Below are positions 52,901 to 63,769 of a stretch of 64,000 nt of DNA, piece by piece; the first letter of the stretch is position 1; every line of letters starts with the position of its first letter. The DNA comes from Antedon mediterranea. Lineage: Eukaryota > Animalia > Echinodermata. The translations under genes and the position numbers were made by a program. The notes beneath the pieces were generated by a model that searched no databases, was not told where the DNA came from, and saw nothing but the letters and a program-made list of their open reading frames with translations. Location: the NCBI RefSeq assembly GCF_964355755.1, contig NC_092679.1, positions 13,251,432 to 13,315,431 of the forward strand, in the 5' to 3' direction.

Positions 52901-55900
52901 ATGGTTGATTGTCTGGAAAAACATAAATTTAGATAATTAATATTGACAAAATATCAGACATTCCAACTCACAATTTCGTAAGGTTTACAAATGTGTTTTA
53001 ACAGATTTAAAATTCATCACAAAATATCTCGGAAATGGTTGGAACGTCCGAAATATTTTACAGCTAAATGTTTTCTGTAACTCTTATACACTGACGATAC
53101 TATTTTTTGCATTGAACAAATAATTGGAAATCAGTTCATTTTTAAAAACTGGAAAAAATACTGTAAGATACTTCACAAGGAAGTAAGCTCAACACAAGCG
53201 AGTTGACCAATAACAGTTTGACCATTTCCATAATCCATCACTTGTGATTGTCAACTAACTGCTACACACAGAATTATATTGAAAAAAACATCGTACCGTG
53301 ATACAAACATATCAACTCTTGATTATACTAATAATATTTTCACGTATGGTTGAGTAAACTAATGCTATGAATTTACTCATTATTGAAACAATTTGAGAAA
53401 ATCATTGTTTTTAAAATAATAATGCCCACATTGCGACACATGTCTTTATGATAGACTAATTATCAGCCCACATTGTAAACAGAATACTACAACCTACTGT
53501 ACTCATAATCAATAAAATATTCATAAATGAATGTGACTCATACACTTGATTAATAGATTGTCAACAACCATGAGATACTTTACAAGTACAGTAGAAACTG
53601 CCCTTGAGTTTAAAAAAGGGGTTTTCCTCTTGGATAGGTTATTAGAGGTATGCAATGCAACCATTCATGCTTATGTATCTCCTGTATACAAAAAAAAGGT
53701 GTCCATTCCCAGGAAGGTATCAGCTTACCAGAAGTTTGCCAATAGACCAAGATGATCAAGTAAAATGGCTGAGCGGTTAACGCAGGGCAGCCATTTACAC
53801 TTAACTCTATAATAACAATAGTTTTTGACCGTTACTTACTATAAAACTATTTACACAAGTTATCATTTACAGTACATGATTAAAAAAACTATACAAAAAA
53901 AACAAAAAGAGACACAACTGATACAATTTTTTTAAAAAAAGAAAAAAAATTGATGATATACAAGAACACATATAATCAGAAAACATATCTTTGTTATTAA
54001 AGGACAGTGATTTGTTTATATAAATAACTATATTGTTCTAATTGCAATGAAATAATGTCTTAGTAAATTATCTAGAACATTTTTGCCTATGATGATCCTT
54101 TAGAATATGCTTGCAAACTCCAGTGTAGTGTGTGAATGTGTAACTAGTGTGATCAATTGCAGCCGCCATATTGTGTGGTCCCCTCTCAATGAAGAATGAC
54201 TTTTTGAACTGTGATAAATGGAGTTGATGATCTAGTACTTATAGTATATCTAGGTAGTATAAAAAGTTTATAAGTGTCAAAGGTTTTTGTTATAAATTGA
54301 ACATGATAGCAAATCTAGTTCAAAGATGACTATTGAAGTGTTGTATTTCACACCAATATGATTTCTGTTGATGAGTCAAATAAAGGTGGGTGTCAAGTTT
54401 GATACAATTATAATCATGATTCAGAGGCCACAATAAGGATCGTTTGAAAAACACAGACAATTTCTATTAATTCTTTGATATTGTTGATAAATTAGGAAAC
54501 TTTATTCTACCATATATTTTGGTGTACAAGTCGCACCTACCTGTGTATAAGACGCAGCCATAACAGAGACTGAAATATTAGTATTTTTTATGTAATCAAT
54601 GTATAAGACGTATTTATTTCTAGGCCGAAATTTAAACATTTTACAACCAAAACAATGGTATTTTATTTATTTATTTATTTATTTCATACTCATCCAACAG
54701 CGAGTAACCCGCCAATTACAGGATAAACTATTTAATAATTTCACAAGACAAACATATACACAAGATGCTCTACATAAACAAAGACTTATTATTAAGTCTT
54801 TGGGAGTGGAGTTGTAAATTGTCATGAGAAAAAAACCCTGACATATGACAGGACTTGAACCCAGGACCCTTAGATTTGTAGCCAAGCATCATAACCACCA
54901 AGCCACAGCTCCACTTTAATAATAAAACAATGATATTTCAGACCCATTTATTAGAATCAAGATGATATGATTTTGTTTGTCCTTTATTACATTGTAATCA
55001 GTCTCTAGTTCAAGTGAACGTTCCATGAAAATGGAAATGCCCACATTTCTTCAGTTATGATGCACTGTGTGGTAGGGCTAGCCTACTGTATGTGTATTTA
55101 AGTGAATTTAATTTGAATGTCTACCTTCTATTAAAAAAGTGTTTCCTCCTTTGTATACTTTCTTTTATTCCAATTTCACTGAGAAATTTATTTCTGGCAG
55201 TTTAATACTTTATGGTTTTGATTTAGCTTTTAGCTTATTTTATATCTCCATTGACATTCAGCCACTGATACCCACAGCATTGTCATTTTAGATTTATATA
55301 CTGTACTACTATACATACAGTAGGTACTCTTTCAAATTTTCCCAAAAAACATAACTATGTCCCTGAAGTGCAATTATTTCTTTAAGCTTGATTCACACTA
55401 GGACACAAGGGTACAGTATGTGCACAATATGTAATTTGACCCATGAAAGTGGTAGTTCAGATGATCCGTCAGCTTTGCAGACAAAAATTCCAGCCTTGTT
55501 CTGATATAATCACTATCGATGCATTTCGGCGATAGTAGCAATTACAAGGAAAAATTTCTAGATCTTCTGCTCATTGTGCAATCATTTTTTTAAGCTTGGT
55601 GCCCATTAAAATTAAAGGGTGTCTGCACTAAGCTACTGTTCAGATGATCAGTCAATTGGATTATCTAGTGAAGTTTTTTTAAAGGGTTTAACAATAACAA
55701 TAGACTGGGAATAAACTGTTCTATTGTTTTCCTGAATCTTCTGCAGGACCCGTTTTTTTACATTTTTTATTTACTAGCAAAGCACAGTTTAATGCACTTT
55801 ATACATTGCAGGGGTCCCAAGTCTACCGCTACTCGCGGTAGTCTACCGCTTTTAGTACCCATCTACCGCGCTACCGTTATCTCGACGTTTTCTACCGCAT

Positions 55901-58900
55901 TTTGATTTTTTTTACCGCATTTTCAAATTTCCCCATATTTTTGGCCAAATTGATTTACGGTTACACCCAGGCTCAGCCCAGGTCAACAATAATCAATAAA
56001 TAACTAGACAAAAGTGAGGCAGGATGTTGAAACAATGTCTATTCATGCAGTCTCCGTGGTCTATTATTGTATTTTTATTTGTATGCAATGCCTTTGTTAA
56101 ACCGTAACAATAATATAAACATGCACGGGTACTACACGCCGGACGTAGAAAAAAAAGAAGCGTGCAACCAACCGTGAATCAATCACGTGGTCACCGGAAT
56201 ACGCGATTATCAATTTTGGGAGGATCCAAGTTTTAACTAATAAACGCTTTGATTACACAGTGGTTGAGACACGTTTTTAATAGTTATTACATTTTTAAAC
56301 ACCCTCATAATTAATGGACTCTACCAATGTTGATCCGCTGCAAAGAACAACAGATCGCACATCGCACGAGGTTGTTGAGGCGGTGTTTTATTTGGTTTTA
56401 CTGTACGATCCGATAATACAAGCATATGGATTCGCCAAGCAAGTAGGCCTACGTTTAATAAAAAATTACCTAAGATTGTTGTAAGCTCTTTTGTTCAAAC
56501 TTGTTATTTATATAGAAATAATCCACCCGTTCCGGCATGCACGCTAGGCCTCTATTCTAGCCTAGGTCTACTCCTCGATCGATGTCGATGGTGGGGAATT
56601 TCCCAGCGATAAGAAATCAGCGAAATAGCTCATAAACGGCCTACATTTTAATGTTATATCTTTAATGACAGTGTAATTACGTATGGATAAAACAATATAA
56701 AACTCAATGTTTTTCATCTGAAATAATATGATAACTCGCGTAATGTAGCATAAGACGGATTCGGAATAGTTATTTCTTATTATTATTATTTTTTTTTTGG
56801 GGGGGGGGGCGTTTAAAATGGTAGCTAGCTAGGGCCTAGTAGAAGCCCTAGGCTAGGCCTGTGCCTATGTAATTAAGTTAAATTATTTTATATACTGAAT
56901 TTTAGTTAAAATACAGTATATATTTTTTAAATTCTTTGTACTGAGGATGTGTCCATAAAAAAAATAAGAATGTAAAAATACTGATGGATAAACCTACAGG
57001 GGCGGATCCAGGATTTAGAAATAGGGGGGGCGTAGCTTTGCGAGCGAAGCGAGCAAACATTGGCTGGGGGCCAGGGGGCCGCCAAGGGCCCCCGGTCGGG
57101 GTCTAGGGGCTGAAGGCCCCTGGAAATTTTGGCGTTCTAGCGCATTGTAAGTCGTTTAAAACGATTTACAAACAATTCATAATGTCATTTACCAAACACT
57201 CTAAAGCTCGCAAATTACGACATGTGGAACATGCAGCTGATACTTACCTAGGGTACCAAAGCAAGATAACAACTTGCCTGTACTTTACATCTAAATTTTT
57301 ACAACGCGACGATGTTTTTCAGCTTTTATATAAGCATAAACTTGTCCTAGCCTAGGCCGGTATTATTTTCTTACACGCGCGCCGGGTCGATCGCGGTGAC
57401 TACTTCTTCGCATCCATCATCCATGCAGCTAAAGTAAAATGACGTCACGTTAAAGCGGGTCGTCACAGAGTCTCATGCATATTAATGAAGCAAACTTGCT
57501 GAGAGTGTTTTCCACCACCACGCAACACATGCGACGCGAGATTTATCGAAACTCCGAGCCATCGACTGACGATCATGTTTTTGACAATTAAAATCACGGC
57601 ATATTCAACGACCTGGTTTAAACGATCGTTTAAAAATTAGCGGTCCGGCTCGATCATCATTATACATTATATTTAGTGATTTGAAAAAAACAAAACACCC
57701 CTTTTGTCATCGCGATTTGTTTATGAGAATCATCGACGGAAAAGCAAATAAAACACTACAAGGGTCATGAAATTCTGCATGCAGCATTGTTAATATTTTA
57801 ATAGTATGTTTTAATAAAATATAGGCATAACGGGATAATTTTCATAGGCACTACAGTCCTAGCCTTTGTTTTTATTGTATTTAATAAATGGGCGCGTAGT
57901 GTAGCACTGACCATGTGACTTCATAAACTCTATTGATCGTCGGAGGTACGTACCGCTACTCTACAATACGGGAGTGACGATCACAAAGGATGCCGACCTG
58001 CTTAGTAAAACGCGACCAAGCTCACCACGTGGCTTTTATCAACTTGCTCCTTTTAGTTTTACACATAACTGTGAATGATCGTTGGTAACTACGCTAGAGA
58101 TTGATAGTACACAAAGGATGTCGACGTACATGCTTGGTGAAATGCGATCAAGCTGACGATGTGCTCCGACGTACTATTTTCACTATGAAAATGATACGTG
58201 TTTTTATAATCTATTTAATTTAAGCGTACGCCCCACACGCCCCCCGCTAGATCCGCCACTGAACCTATGTAAAAATTAAGCCAACTTATGTGTAAATATT
58301 GTATATACTGTATATGTAACATATTTAGTTAATTAATTAAGAGACGTAAACGACACGCGTGTTGATTTTCGATTCCCCGCGCGTTGACTTTCGACGAATT
58401 GAATGTGGTTCACGACAAAATCTCCTGCGAATGGACTTTCCCAAGTTGGGACCTCTGACATTGTTCCTTCCAGTTTAAGATTTGTTAGATTGCAAATGCG
58501 TCCTTCAAATTACTAAGGACAGATGATAATATTTTACTCATATTCATATTATTTTCTTTATTCACCAATCAATCAATATTGCTATTGTTATTTGTTAAAT
58601 AATATCATTGAGGTAAACGACCTGAACGTATAATACTTACTTCAAAGTACATTAGCATGTGTGGTTTTGCCAGCAACCGGCTTAATGTTTCTCTACACTC
58701 TTTGCTCATAATATCCCTAGCATAAGATGAGTAAACCTCAAACTCAGCAGCCTGTAAAAGAAAAATAAGTAAATATGTATGAAGTTCAAAGAATTGAAAC
58801 AGTCACCAAGCATAATTGTGCTTGGCGGAGGTGGGCAGGGACACCCACATTCAAATTCTTCCACCCACCATAAAACTAATTCCAAGGACTTCCATCAAGC

Positions 58901-61900
58901 CTAATTCCAGCGCCCACGAAGGGAAGTTTTGAATACCTAAACATACTTGTTAAAATAAGAAAGTTTATTTATAATGAAAAGCCTTTGCAGAGTGCATGGG
59001 AACTAACACAGAGAAAACTACAGTTTGCTGCTAAGTAGTGTCTGGACAAAAGGTCAACTGCAAAACAACTGTTAACATGAATTAGCTGCAAAAGGATACA
59101 GGCTAACACTTTAAATACGGAAATGTATGTAAGGCCCTGTTTCTGCTGCCAACTAAATACCGTATATTATACGGTATTTTTTTAATACCGTATATATACG
59201 GTATATTTTTGGCAGCAGAAACTGCGCTCATAAAAAATATACCGTATATTGTATACCGTATTCTCCCCACAAAATTTGTGGATAAAATACGGTATTTACA
59301 AATTTATACCGTATTTTTTGTACCCGTTTCTGCTGCCAATAAAAAATACCGTATTTTTTTTTTACATGACAAAAGGTCGACATTCGAAATTTTTTTTTCT
59401 GTCGCTGTCAGCTGTTTTACACACGTGTATATATATATTCGGCGAAAATGTGGAGCGAAGACGTCACAGTTTTACTAAATAAAATTGTGTGGGGAAGCTA
59501 AAATGTCTGGCCAACTAAAAGGTAATAAAAGGGACAACCACATTTATAAAGACATTTCTAAAAAAATAAAGCAGGAGTATGGAATAGACTTGTCTCCAAA
59601 GCAAGTAAACTCAAAGCTGAAGAGCCTGCGAAAGCAGTACAACATTGCAAAATACAATAACTCGGGGAGGGAACGAATTAATTGTCCCCATTACGATGTT
59701 TTCTGTGCTCTCACAACATCTCTATCACTAGGGCTAGGCTGTTGAAAGTGAGACGTAAAACTTCCTTTATTGCGACTTTTAATTATCGATCAAATAAATG
59801 AATGGCAATTTGGGTAAAAAGATGAAATTTAACACGACCACCCAAGAAGTATTGTTAGCAGAAACGGGGTACTAAAAAATACGGTATAAAAAATACCGTA
59901 TTTTATACCGTATTTTTATACCGTATTTTGAGCAGTTGCAGCAGAAACAGGCCCTAAGATAGGAAGAAATGGAGATCCATCATCGGAGTTTGTGCTGCGA
60001 GATCTTCTTCATCTTCATTTTCGCAAGTCCCACAATAAATTACAGAACTAGGAGGCCTACTTTAACCCTCTTAGTCCCACGGGCGGCGTTAGACACTCCA
60101 TGGGACATGCGTTGAAAACCCATAGTCGGCGTCACACACCAAACGTACCTTCTGTGTTTGAGGGCGATAATCACTAACTTCTACTTGTCTGAGGATTCTG
60201 GGATAGCTTTTATTCGATCAAGCGTAAAATTTTCTTTCGAAAAATGTCAACGAAAAAATTTTCGCTATAGGAAAATCTTTTGGAAACATTAATTAAAAAC
60301 TGATTAATTAATCAAAATCATGTTGTTTGTGGACTACACGTTTCCCGTATCTAGTCAGACAACCGGAAACACTGACTCCTTTGTTGAAAAATGTGCAACG
60401 CGAGAAGGATTGTTTGTAGGCCCAAGCAGCACGTTGTCAGAATTTACTCGCCTGAGCAACTTGCTTGTAGTGGGCATGCTCAGACTATTACGATGGTGAT
60501 AGGATGGTTTGATTGGGCCTAGGCTAAAATTGTACGATGGCGGTTTATTTGAATAAAATAACTCGTATCTAACTCTCCTATTATTACTTTTGTTCCAAGT
60601 AAATGTATATTTATAGGTATGTATTATAAATATTTGTTTCTTGGGGTTTTCTAAATATCATTTTATTATCGTTTTTATACGATTTTTTTTAAGCAATTTC
60701 TTAGAAATTTTATTTAAAATTTTTTTTTTTTTTAATAGATACATTTCATAAATAAAAATAAATCATACACTTTAAATCATACACATATACTTTATACATA
60801 ATTTTACAGGAAATTTAATAAGGAATATTTGTTTTTAGAAACATATTTTCATACATTTATGATAAAATGATGAAATTACTGTTTTAAAAATGTCAACTCC
60901 CTGGAGTACTATAAAAATGCTGTTCTGAAAAGAATTCAGTTGAGGGGAAATGGCTCTCTCTCGGGAATTTGGAACTAAGATGGTTAAGAAGTATGTGTGA
61001 CAGTGGCTGTGTGTAGTACACCGAGGTAACCACCTACTTGTCTCGAAAGATTTACAGGGTTCTAACAGTACACTTGACATACGGTTTATAGAAGATTTGT
61101 TCTACCACCAGAACCATGGAGTGATTAAACATCAACCCTATGTTCCACTGTCACCACCGCTAGGGCACTCAATCATAAAAATAGTTAGGCACGGTAGTTA
61201 ATGGACAGGTTACACTACCTCTGCTAATTCTTCAAAGCAGTCGCCGATGGATGGGTTAGGGTTGTTTTCATCAACCATTTCCAATGCATCTTCTAAGTAT
61301 CCTAATAATGTCATTGAACATTCATGAACATCAAGTATGTTGGCAAAAATTGCTTCAACCTCCTACAAAGATTAAATAGATTAACATGTTTTAGTCATAA
61401 AAAAAAGTAATTAATAATAATTATAATATATAATTTGACTAAGGATTAAGGATAAGAGACCATAAAGGTGGCATATTCTAAAAGAATGGGTAGTGTTTGC
61501 TTTCCCTTTGAAAAAAGAGGGTTCAAAACCCATCATGCTAATTTTTTTCTTTTTAATGAGAGTGATAACTTTGGGTTAGGTGTATAAACTATAAGTTATA
61601 TTCAGGGTATAGGTAACCTATTTTTGCCTTAACATATTAGGAAATAAATAATGAAACCTGACCATCCAATGCGATTGTTTGGATTGTCATCATTCATAAG
61701 CAGGTTTTCACATGGATCAAGAAATGTTCAATCGAGGAGAGGTCATCAATGGGTAATGCAAGAAAACAATCAGTTTAATAATGGAATTTGAAATTATTAT
61801 TATTATTATTAATTTGAAATTATACAAACCTCTTTAGCCACCTTTGATTCCTTGCTTATAAAACCCCGAAAAACCTTTATTATAAGATTGAGGTCTCGGA

Positions 61901-62036
61901 TATATTGCGTTTCTTCAAGCACCAAGTCTTTTACAATTTCATCATAGGTAGACGAATCACAGCGCACTGGTGTTTCATCCTCCAATGTAGATACCGAGAG
62001 TTCTTCTTCATCATGATGAAACATATCCATCAAAAC
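31349..62036 (-). CDS. SOS: Son of sevenless homolog (Ras/Rac GEF), 5'-partial, 22 exons in window
   Basis: complement join 62036-61830, 61362-61219, 58751-58641, 52912-52814, 49830-49780, 47132-47056, 46389-46227, 45783-45630, 42564-42360, 41750-41538, 41414-41292, 40533-40371, 39957-39862, 39546-39391, 38719-38630, 37825-37733, 37100-36983, 36442-36273, 35977-35858, 35740-35633, 33475-33340, 31929-31349. All intron phases consistent; translation follows SOS1/2 motifs from VLMDMFH to the PxxPxR tail. Confidence 0.96.
31975..32379 (-). mobile_element. 5S rRNA-derived SINE (SINE3-like) in the last SOS intron
   Basis: ~115-nt 5S-like head (32265-32379), then a ~235-nt unrelated body and an A-rich tail (AATAAAATATAAACAAAATAAA); no oligo-T terminator after the 5S part. 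Confidence 0.75.
32265..32379 (-). pseudogene. 5S rRNA-like sequence (SINE head or pseudogene)
   Basis: TACGGCTTTACCACGTTAAAACACCGGTTCTCGTTAAATCACCAAAGTTAAGCAACGTTGGGCCTGGTTAGAACTTGGATGGGAGACCATCTGGGAATATCGAGTGCTGTA; box A, IE and box C recognisable but with many substitutions. Confidence 0.85.
33340..33475 (-). CDS. SOS: SOS exon (Ser/Pro/Thr-rich)
   Basis: [36 protein letters not shown]; AG/GT boundaries, phase 0 to 1. Confidence 0.8.
33512..35035 (-). mobile_element. Rex1/Babar-like non-LTR retrotransposon, 5'-truncated, in a SOS intron
   Basis: RT motifs [50 protein letters not shown]; C-terminal [24 protein letters not shown]; 3' AATAAA plus TGACT(A/TGC) repeat tail. Confidence 0.88.
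33682..34779 (-). CDS. Reverse transcriptase ORF of the LINE (365 aa open; disrupted upstream near 34830-34855)
   Basis: ORF track shows intact RT domains to the C-terminus; endonuclease is absent. Confidence 0.8.
   Translation of the reverse strand: MLDQTKLFLDPLQFAYQSNRSVEDAVLFHLHNIYQHLDVPKSYVRCLYIDFSSAFNTVEPGSLVRKLKEMNVNDTLTSWIYNFLTKRFQYVKLNGILSDKRTVSIGTPQGSVISPMLFSLFTSSFRANSNECCIVKYADDTVITGYITGNDETSYRQLGCDFYHWCCNNNLKLNIKKTKEMQIDFRKIKEPLEPLIINENEIKVVNEYKYLGCIIDNKLNWINNVNKATCKANQRMFILRKMKYLQIDKTILKLFYNSVILSVILFCNVCFYGNTMQKDKIKLNRIGNRAIRLVGEHLPDVESLYKENVLKKVKSIIDDETHPLHKQFALMNSGIRLRALNTKTKRFRCSFVPNAIHLYNSRVQR
35110..35475 (+). mobile_element. tRNA-derived Deu/Nin-domain SINE, near full length
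   Basis: Box A GTGGCCGAGCGGTTAAG, box B GGTTCGAGGCTC, core CGGATAAGGGACTATAAACTGTAGGTCC..CACATTAAAAAACC..GAGTAGGGGTTACCCCGGTGT, tail GCGCTATATAAATGTTG. Confidence 0.82.
35633..35740 (-). CDS. SOS: SOS exon
   Basis: [15 protein letters not shown]; AG/GT. Confidence 0.88.
35858..35977 (-). CDS. SOS: SOS exon (end of CDC25 domain)
   Basis: [19 protein letters not shown]. Confidence 0.93.
36273..36442 (-). CDS. SOS: SOS exon (CDC25 helical hairpin)
   Basis: [42 protein letters not shown]. Confidence 0.95.
36983..37100 (-). CDS. SOS: SOS exon (CDC25)
   Basis: [28 protein letters not shown]. Confidence 0.95.
37733..37825 (-). CDS. SOS: SOS exon (CDC25)
   Basis: [29 protein letters not shown]. 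Confidence 0.95.
38630..38719 (-). CDS. SOS: SOS exon (CDC25)
   Basis: [30 protein letters not shown]. Confidence 0.95.
39391..39546 (-). CDS. SOS: SOS exon (CDC25 start)
   Basis: [38 protein letters not shown]. Confidence 0.95.
39862..39957 (-). CDS. SOS: SOS exon (REM-CDC25 linker)
   Basis: [14 protein letters not shown]. Confidence 0.92.
40371..40533 (-). CDS. SOS: SOS exon (REM)
   Basis: [28 protein letters not shown]. Confidence 0.95.
41292..41414 (-). CDS. SOS: SOS exon (REM), preceded by an AC acceptor
   Basis: [22 protein letters not shown]. Confidence 0.92.
41415..41537 (-). other. U12-type (minor spliceosome) AT-AC intron, 123 nt
   Basis: 5' splice site ATATCCTTT; branch site GCCTTAAC at 41433-41426; 3' end ..TTCAC; splicing restores LIER/FKI in frame. 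Confidence 0.95.
41538..41750 (-). CDS. SOS: SOS exon (REM start)
   Basis: [40 protein letters not shown]. Confidence 0.95.
42360..42564 (-). CDS. SOS: SOS exon (PH end and helical linker)
   Basis: [29 protein letters not shown]. Confidence 0.95.
42595..45362. mobile_element. ~2.75-kb non-autonomous TIR element in a SOS intron, superfamily unassigned
   Basis: TATGACTCAAAATATGCTAAAGTGTTA (~42603-42629) is an inverted match to TAACACCTTAGCATATTTTGACTCATA (~45327-45353); internal motif GCGTG(T/C)GTTA..TTTGAC(A/G)GAC recurs in both orientations. Confidence 0.65.
45630..45783 (-). CDS. SOS: SOS exon (PH)
   Basis: [22 protein letters not shown]. Confidence 0.95.
46227..46389 (-). CDS. SOS: SOS exon (PH start)
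   Basis: [35 protein letters not shown]. Confidence 0.94.
47056..47132 (-). CDS. SOS: SOS exon (DH end)
   Basis: [24 protein letters not shown]. Confidence 0.9.
49780..49830 (-). CDS. SOS: SOS 51-nt exon (DH)
   Basis: [17 protein letters not shown]; TTTCAG / GTACC boundaries. Confidence 0.88.
51930..52145 (-). mobile_element. Degenerate Deu-type SINE
   Basis: GGACCTCCAGTTTTAAGTGCTTATCC core and AGGCCACTCG (box A reverse complement). Confidence 0.45.
52814..52912 (-). CDS. SOS: SOS exon (DH)
   Basis: [25 protein letters not shown]. Confidence 0.95.
54660..54915 (-). mobile_element. tRNA-headed SINE-like element
   Basis: Reverse complement GGAGCTGTGGCTTGGTGGTTATGATGCTTGGCTACAAATCTAAGGGTCCTGGGTTCAAGTCCTGTC, then a body and a (TAAA)n tail. 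Confidence 0.6.
55809..58457. mobile_element. Non-autonomous hAT-like element with 6-bp TSD (outer)
   Basis: TIR CAGGGGTCCCAA / TTGGGACCTCTG; TSD ACATTG at 55803-55808 and 58458-58463; subterminal CTACCGC repeats. Confidence 0.85.
56997..58261. mobile_element. Non-autonomous hAT-like element with 6-bp TSD (nested inner)
   Basis: TIR CAGGGGCGGATCCAG / CTAGATCCGCCACTG; TSD AACCTA at 56991-56996 and 58262-58267. Confidence 0.85.
58641..58751 (-). CDS. SOS: SOS exon (DH)
   Basis: [26 protein letters not shown], 111 nt. Confidence 0.9.
59133..59954. mobile_element. PIF/Harbinger-like non-autonomous element carrying a Myb/SANT fragment
   Basis: TIR GGCCCTGTTTCTGCTGC / GCAGCAGAAACAGGCCC; TAA TSD; many ATACCGTA / TACGGTAT subterminal motifs. 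Confidence 0.85.
59485..59745 (+). pseudogene. Myb/SANT-like (trihelix) DNA-binding domain fragment
   Basis: [47 protein letters not shown]. Confidence 0.7.
60066..60983. mobile_element. piggyBac-like MITE
   Basis: TTAA|CCCTCTTAGTCCC ... GGAACTAAGATGG|TTAA. Confidence 0.7.
61005..61190 (-). mobile_element. Degenerate copy of the 35110 Deu SINE family
   Basis: CCTACTTGTCTCGAAAGAT and TTGTTCTACCACCAGAACCATGGAG are reverse complements of segments of 35110-35330. Confidence 0.65.
61219..61362 (-). CDS. SOS: SOS exon (DH)
   Basis: [35 protein letters not shown], 144 nt. Confidence 0.94.
61830..62036 (-). CDS. SOS: SOS exon (histone fold end, DH start)
   Basis: [31 protein letters not shown]. 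Confidence 0.95.
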
Positions 62037-62690
62037 CTAAAATATTTAAAAAAAAAAACTTGTTTACTATCTTTGATGCCAAAATAATAAAACAATAAAT
62101 GCCTGGAATATGCTTGCTTATTTATGTCCTAAGGATCGTCATTGACTTTACCCTTGGATGGGACATTTAGCTGTCCGTGTACTGTAAAGAATGCATACAT
62201 TACTAGCAGTTTCTTCAGCTGATGTGATGATCATGTAATCATAGCCTATTAAGACATTTTTCATATATTTTTAGAGGCAAAGCACAACTGTTAAAAATTT
62301 CCAACTGAAAATGTGTTTTTATTGTAATTTTATTTTATTATTTATTATTTGGATGTTTACTTGTTCAATGTCTCTATGGAGTAATACCTGTTTTTTTAGG
62401 GCAGGGTAAACTTAACGGGATGTGATGGCTGAAATAGGACGATGTGAACAAAAATAAAACATCAAATATAACCAAATAACGACAGCTTGCATCTTTGGCG
62501 ATTTCGTTATTGGAATTGTCATTTTTAGATGTTTTTTCCGGTGGGTTTATTTTGCAGTTGCGGTGTTATGTCTCACTTCCTGTACTTCAATAATCAGCGT
62601 TTAACACGAAACATTTAGAAATACAGCATTGATACGTACAGTACACATGATTATTGTTGTATGTATACCAAATACTCATTCATTTATTAA

Positions 62691-63316
62691 AGCGCCATTC
62701 CCTACGTTTTTTAGATCTAATTTAAGATCACAAACTATATTTAATGTAAAAATAATACTATATGGTCCTATTGTGATAACTTTTTTTGTCTTTAAACGGT
62801 TAAAAATGTGAAAAATAAATCGATTTTAATAATTATAGCGGCCCGCTATAAATCCCAAAATGCATTGCGCGCGGATTGATATTTTTGTTTTTCACCTGTA
62901 ATTCGCCCACTTTTCGATCGATCGTGAAGCCAAAACAAATGGAAGACTCCTAACTTTTCAGCGAAAATACCGGGTTTTCCCCAATTTGTATCAACGGAGT
63001 CTGGCAAAAATAGAAAGACAATTAATGCAGCAACTATACAACGTCAGGCTAGGTATATAGCTAGCGTACGATGTTCGTACGTTACCGATGTTTACCAGCT
63101 AGGCCTACAAAACTAAGCCTAGCTAGGCTAGGCCTGAGACCGTCCACGAGAGGTCGATCGCCGCGAGCTACTTAGGTAGTGCATTGTTTCTCACTTTTTA
63201 TCATAATTTACCATAAAACGTACATTTAAGACAAGGAATGACATGGTTTAATGTTTTTAAAGTGATATATATGTATTATTTTCCAAAAAACGTCCAAAAT
63301 TGCAGGGAAGGGGTCT
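62691..63316. mobile_element. Kolobok-like MITE
   Basis: TTAA|AGCGCCATTCCCTAC ... GCAGGGAAGGGGTCT|TTAA. Confidence 0.6.
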
Positions 63317-63769
63317 TTAACTGAACATACTGTAGCATTTTACACCACCATTTAACTTGTCCAGTTTCTTCTATCATTGTATTGTTTAAAATATGTCAGT
63401 TTGTGCAACTACTATTTTCCAATAAAAATGTTTTACTAAAATAATTAATTGTAGAAAAAGGTTGTTGTTATCCTAATCCATGTCAGTTGAAATACATTAA
63501 AATGTGGCATCAATACAATGATACTACGTGATAATCCATGTGACATCAATCCTGTAAAAGGCATGATATTCCACAATACATGTGACTTTAATACTCTTCT
63601 TCTTTCCCTTTTCAGGGAATTTATTGGTTCAAAGTATATTGGCCTTTGGCCCTAATACAAACAAATAAAAATAAACTATAACTTAAGATAATGGTTAATA
63701 ATACAGAAAGAGGCATGACATATATCGCAACCTACGGCATCAATTTCAATACTGTAAGCAACAGAGTAT

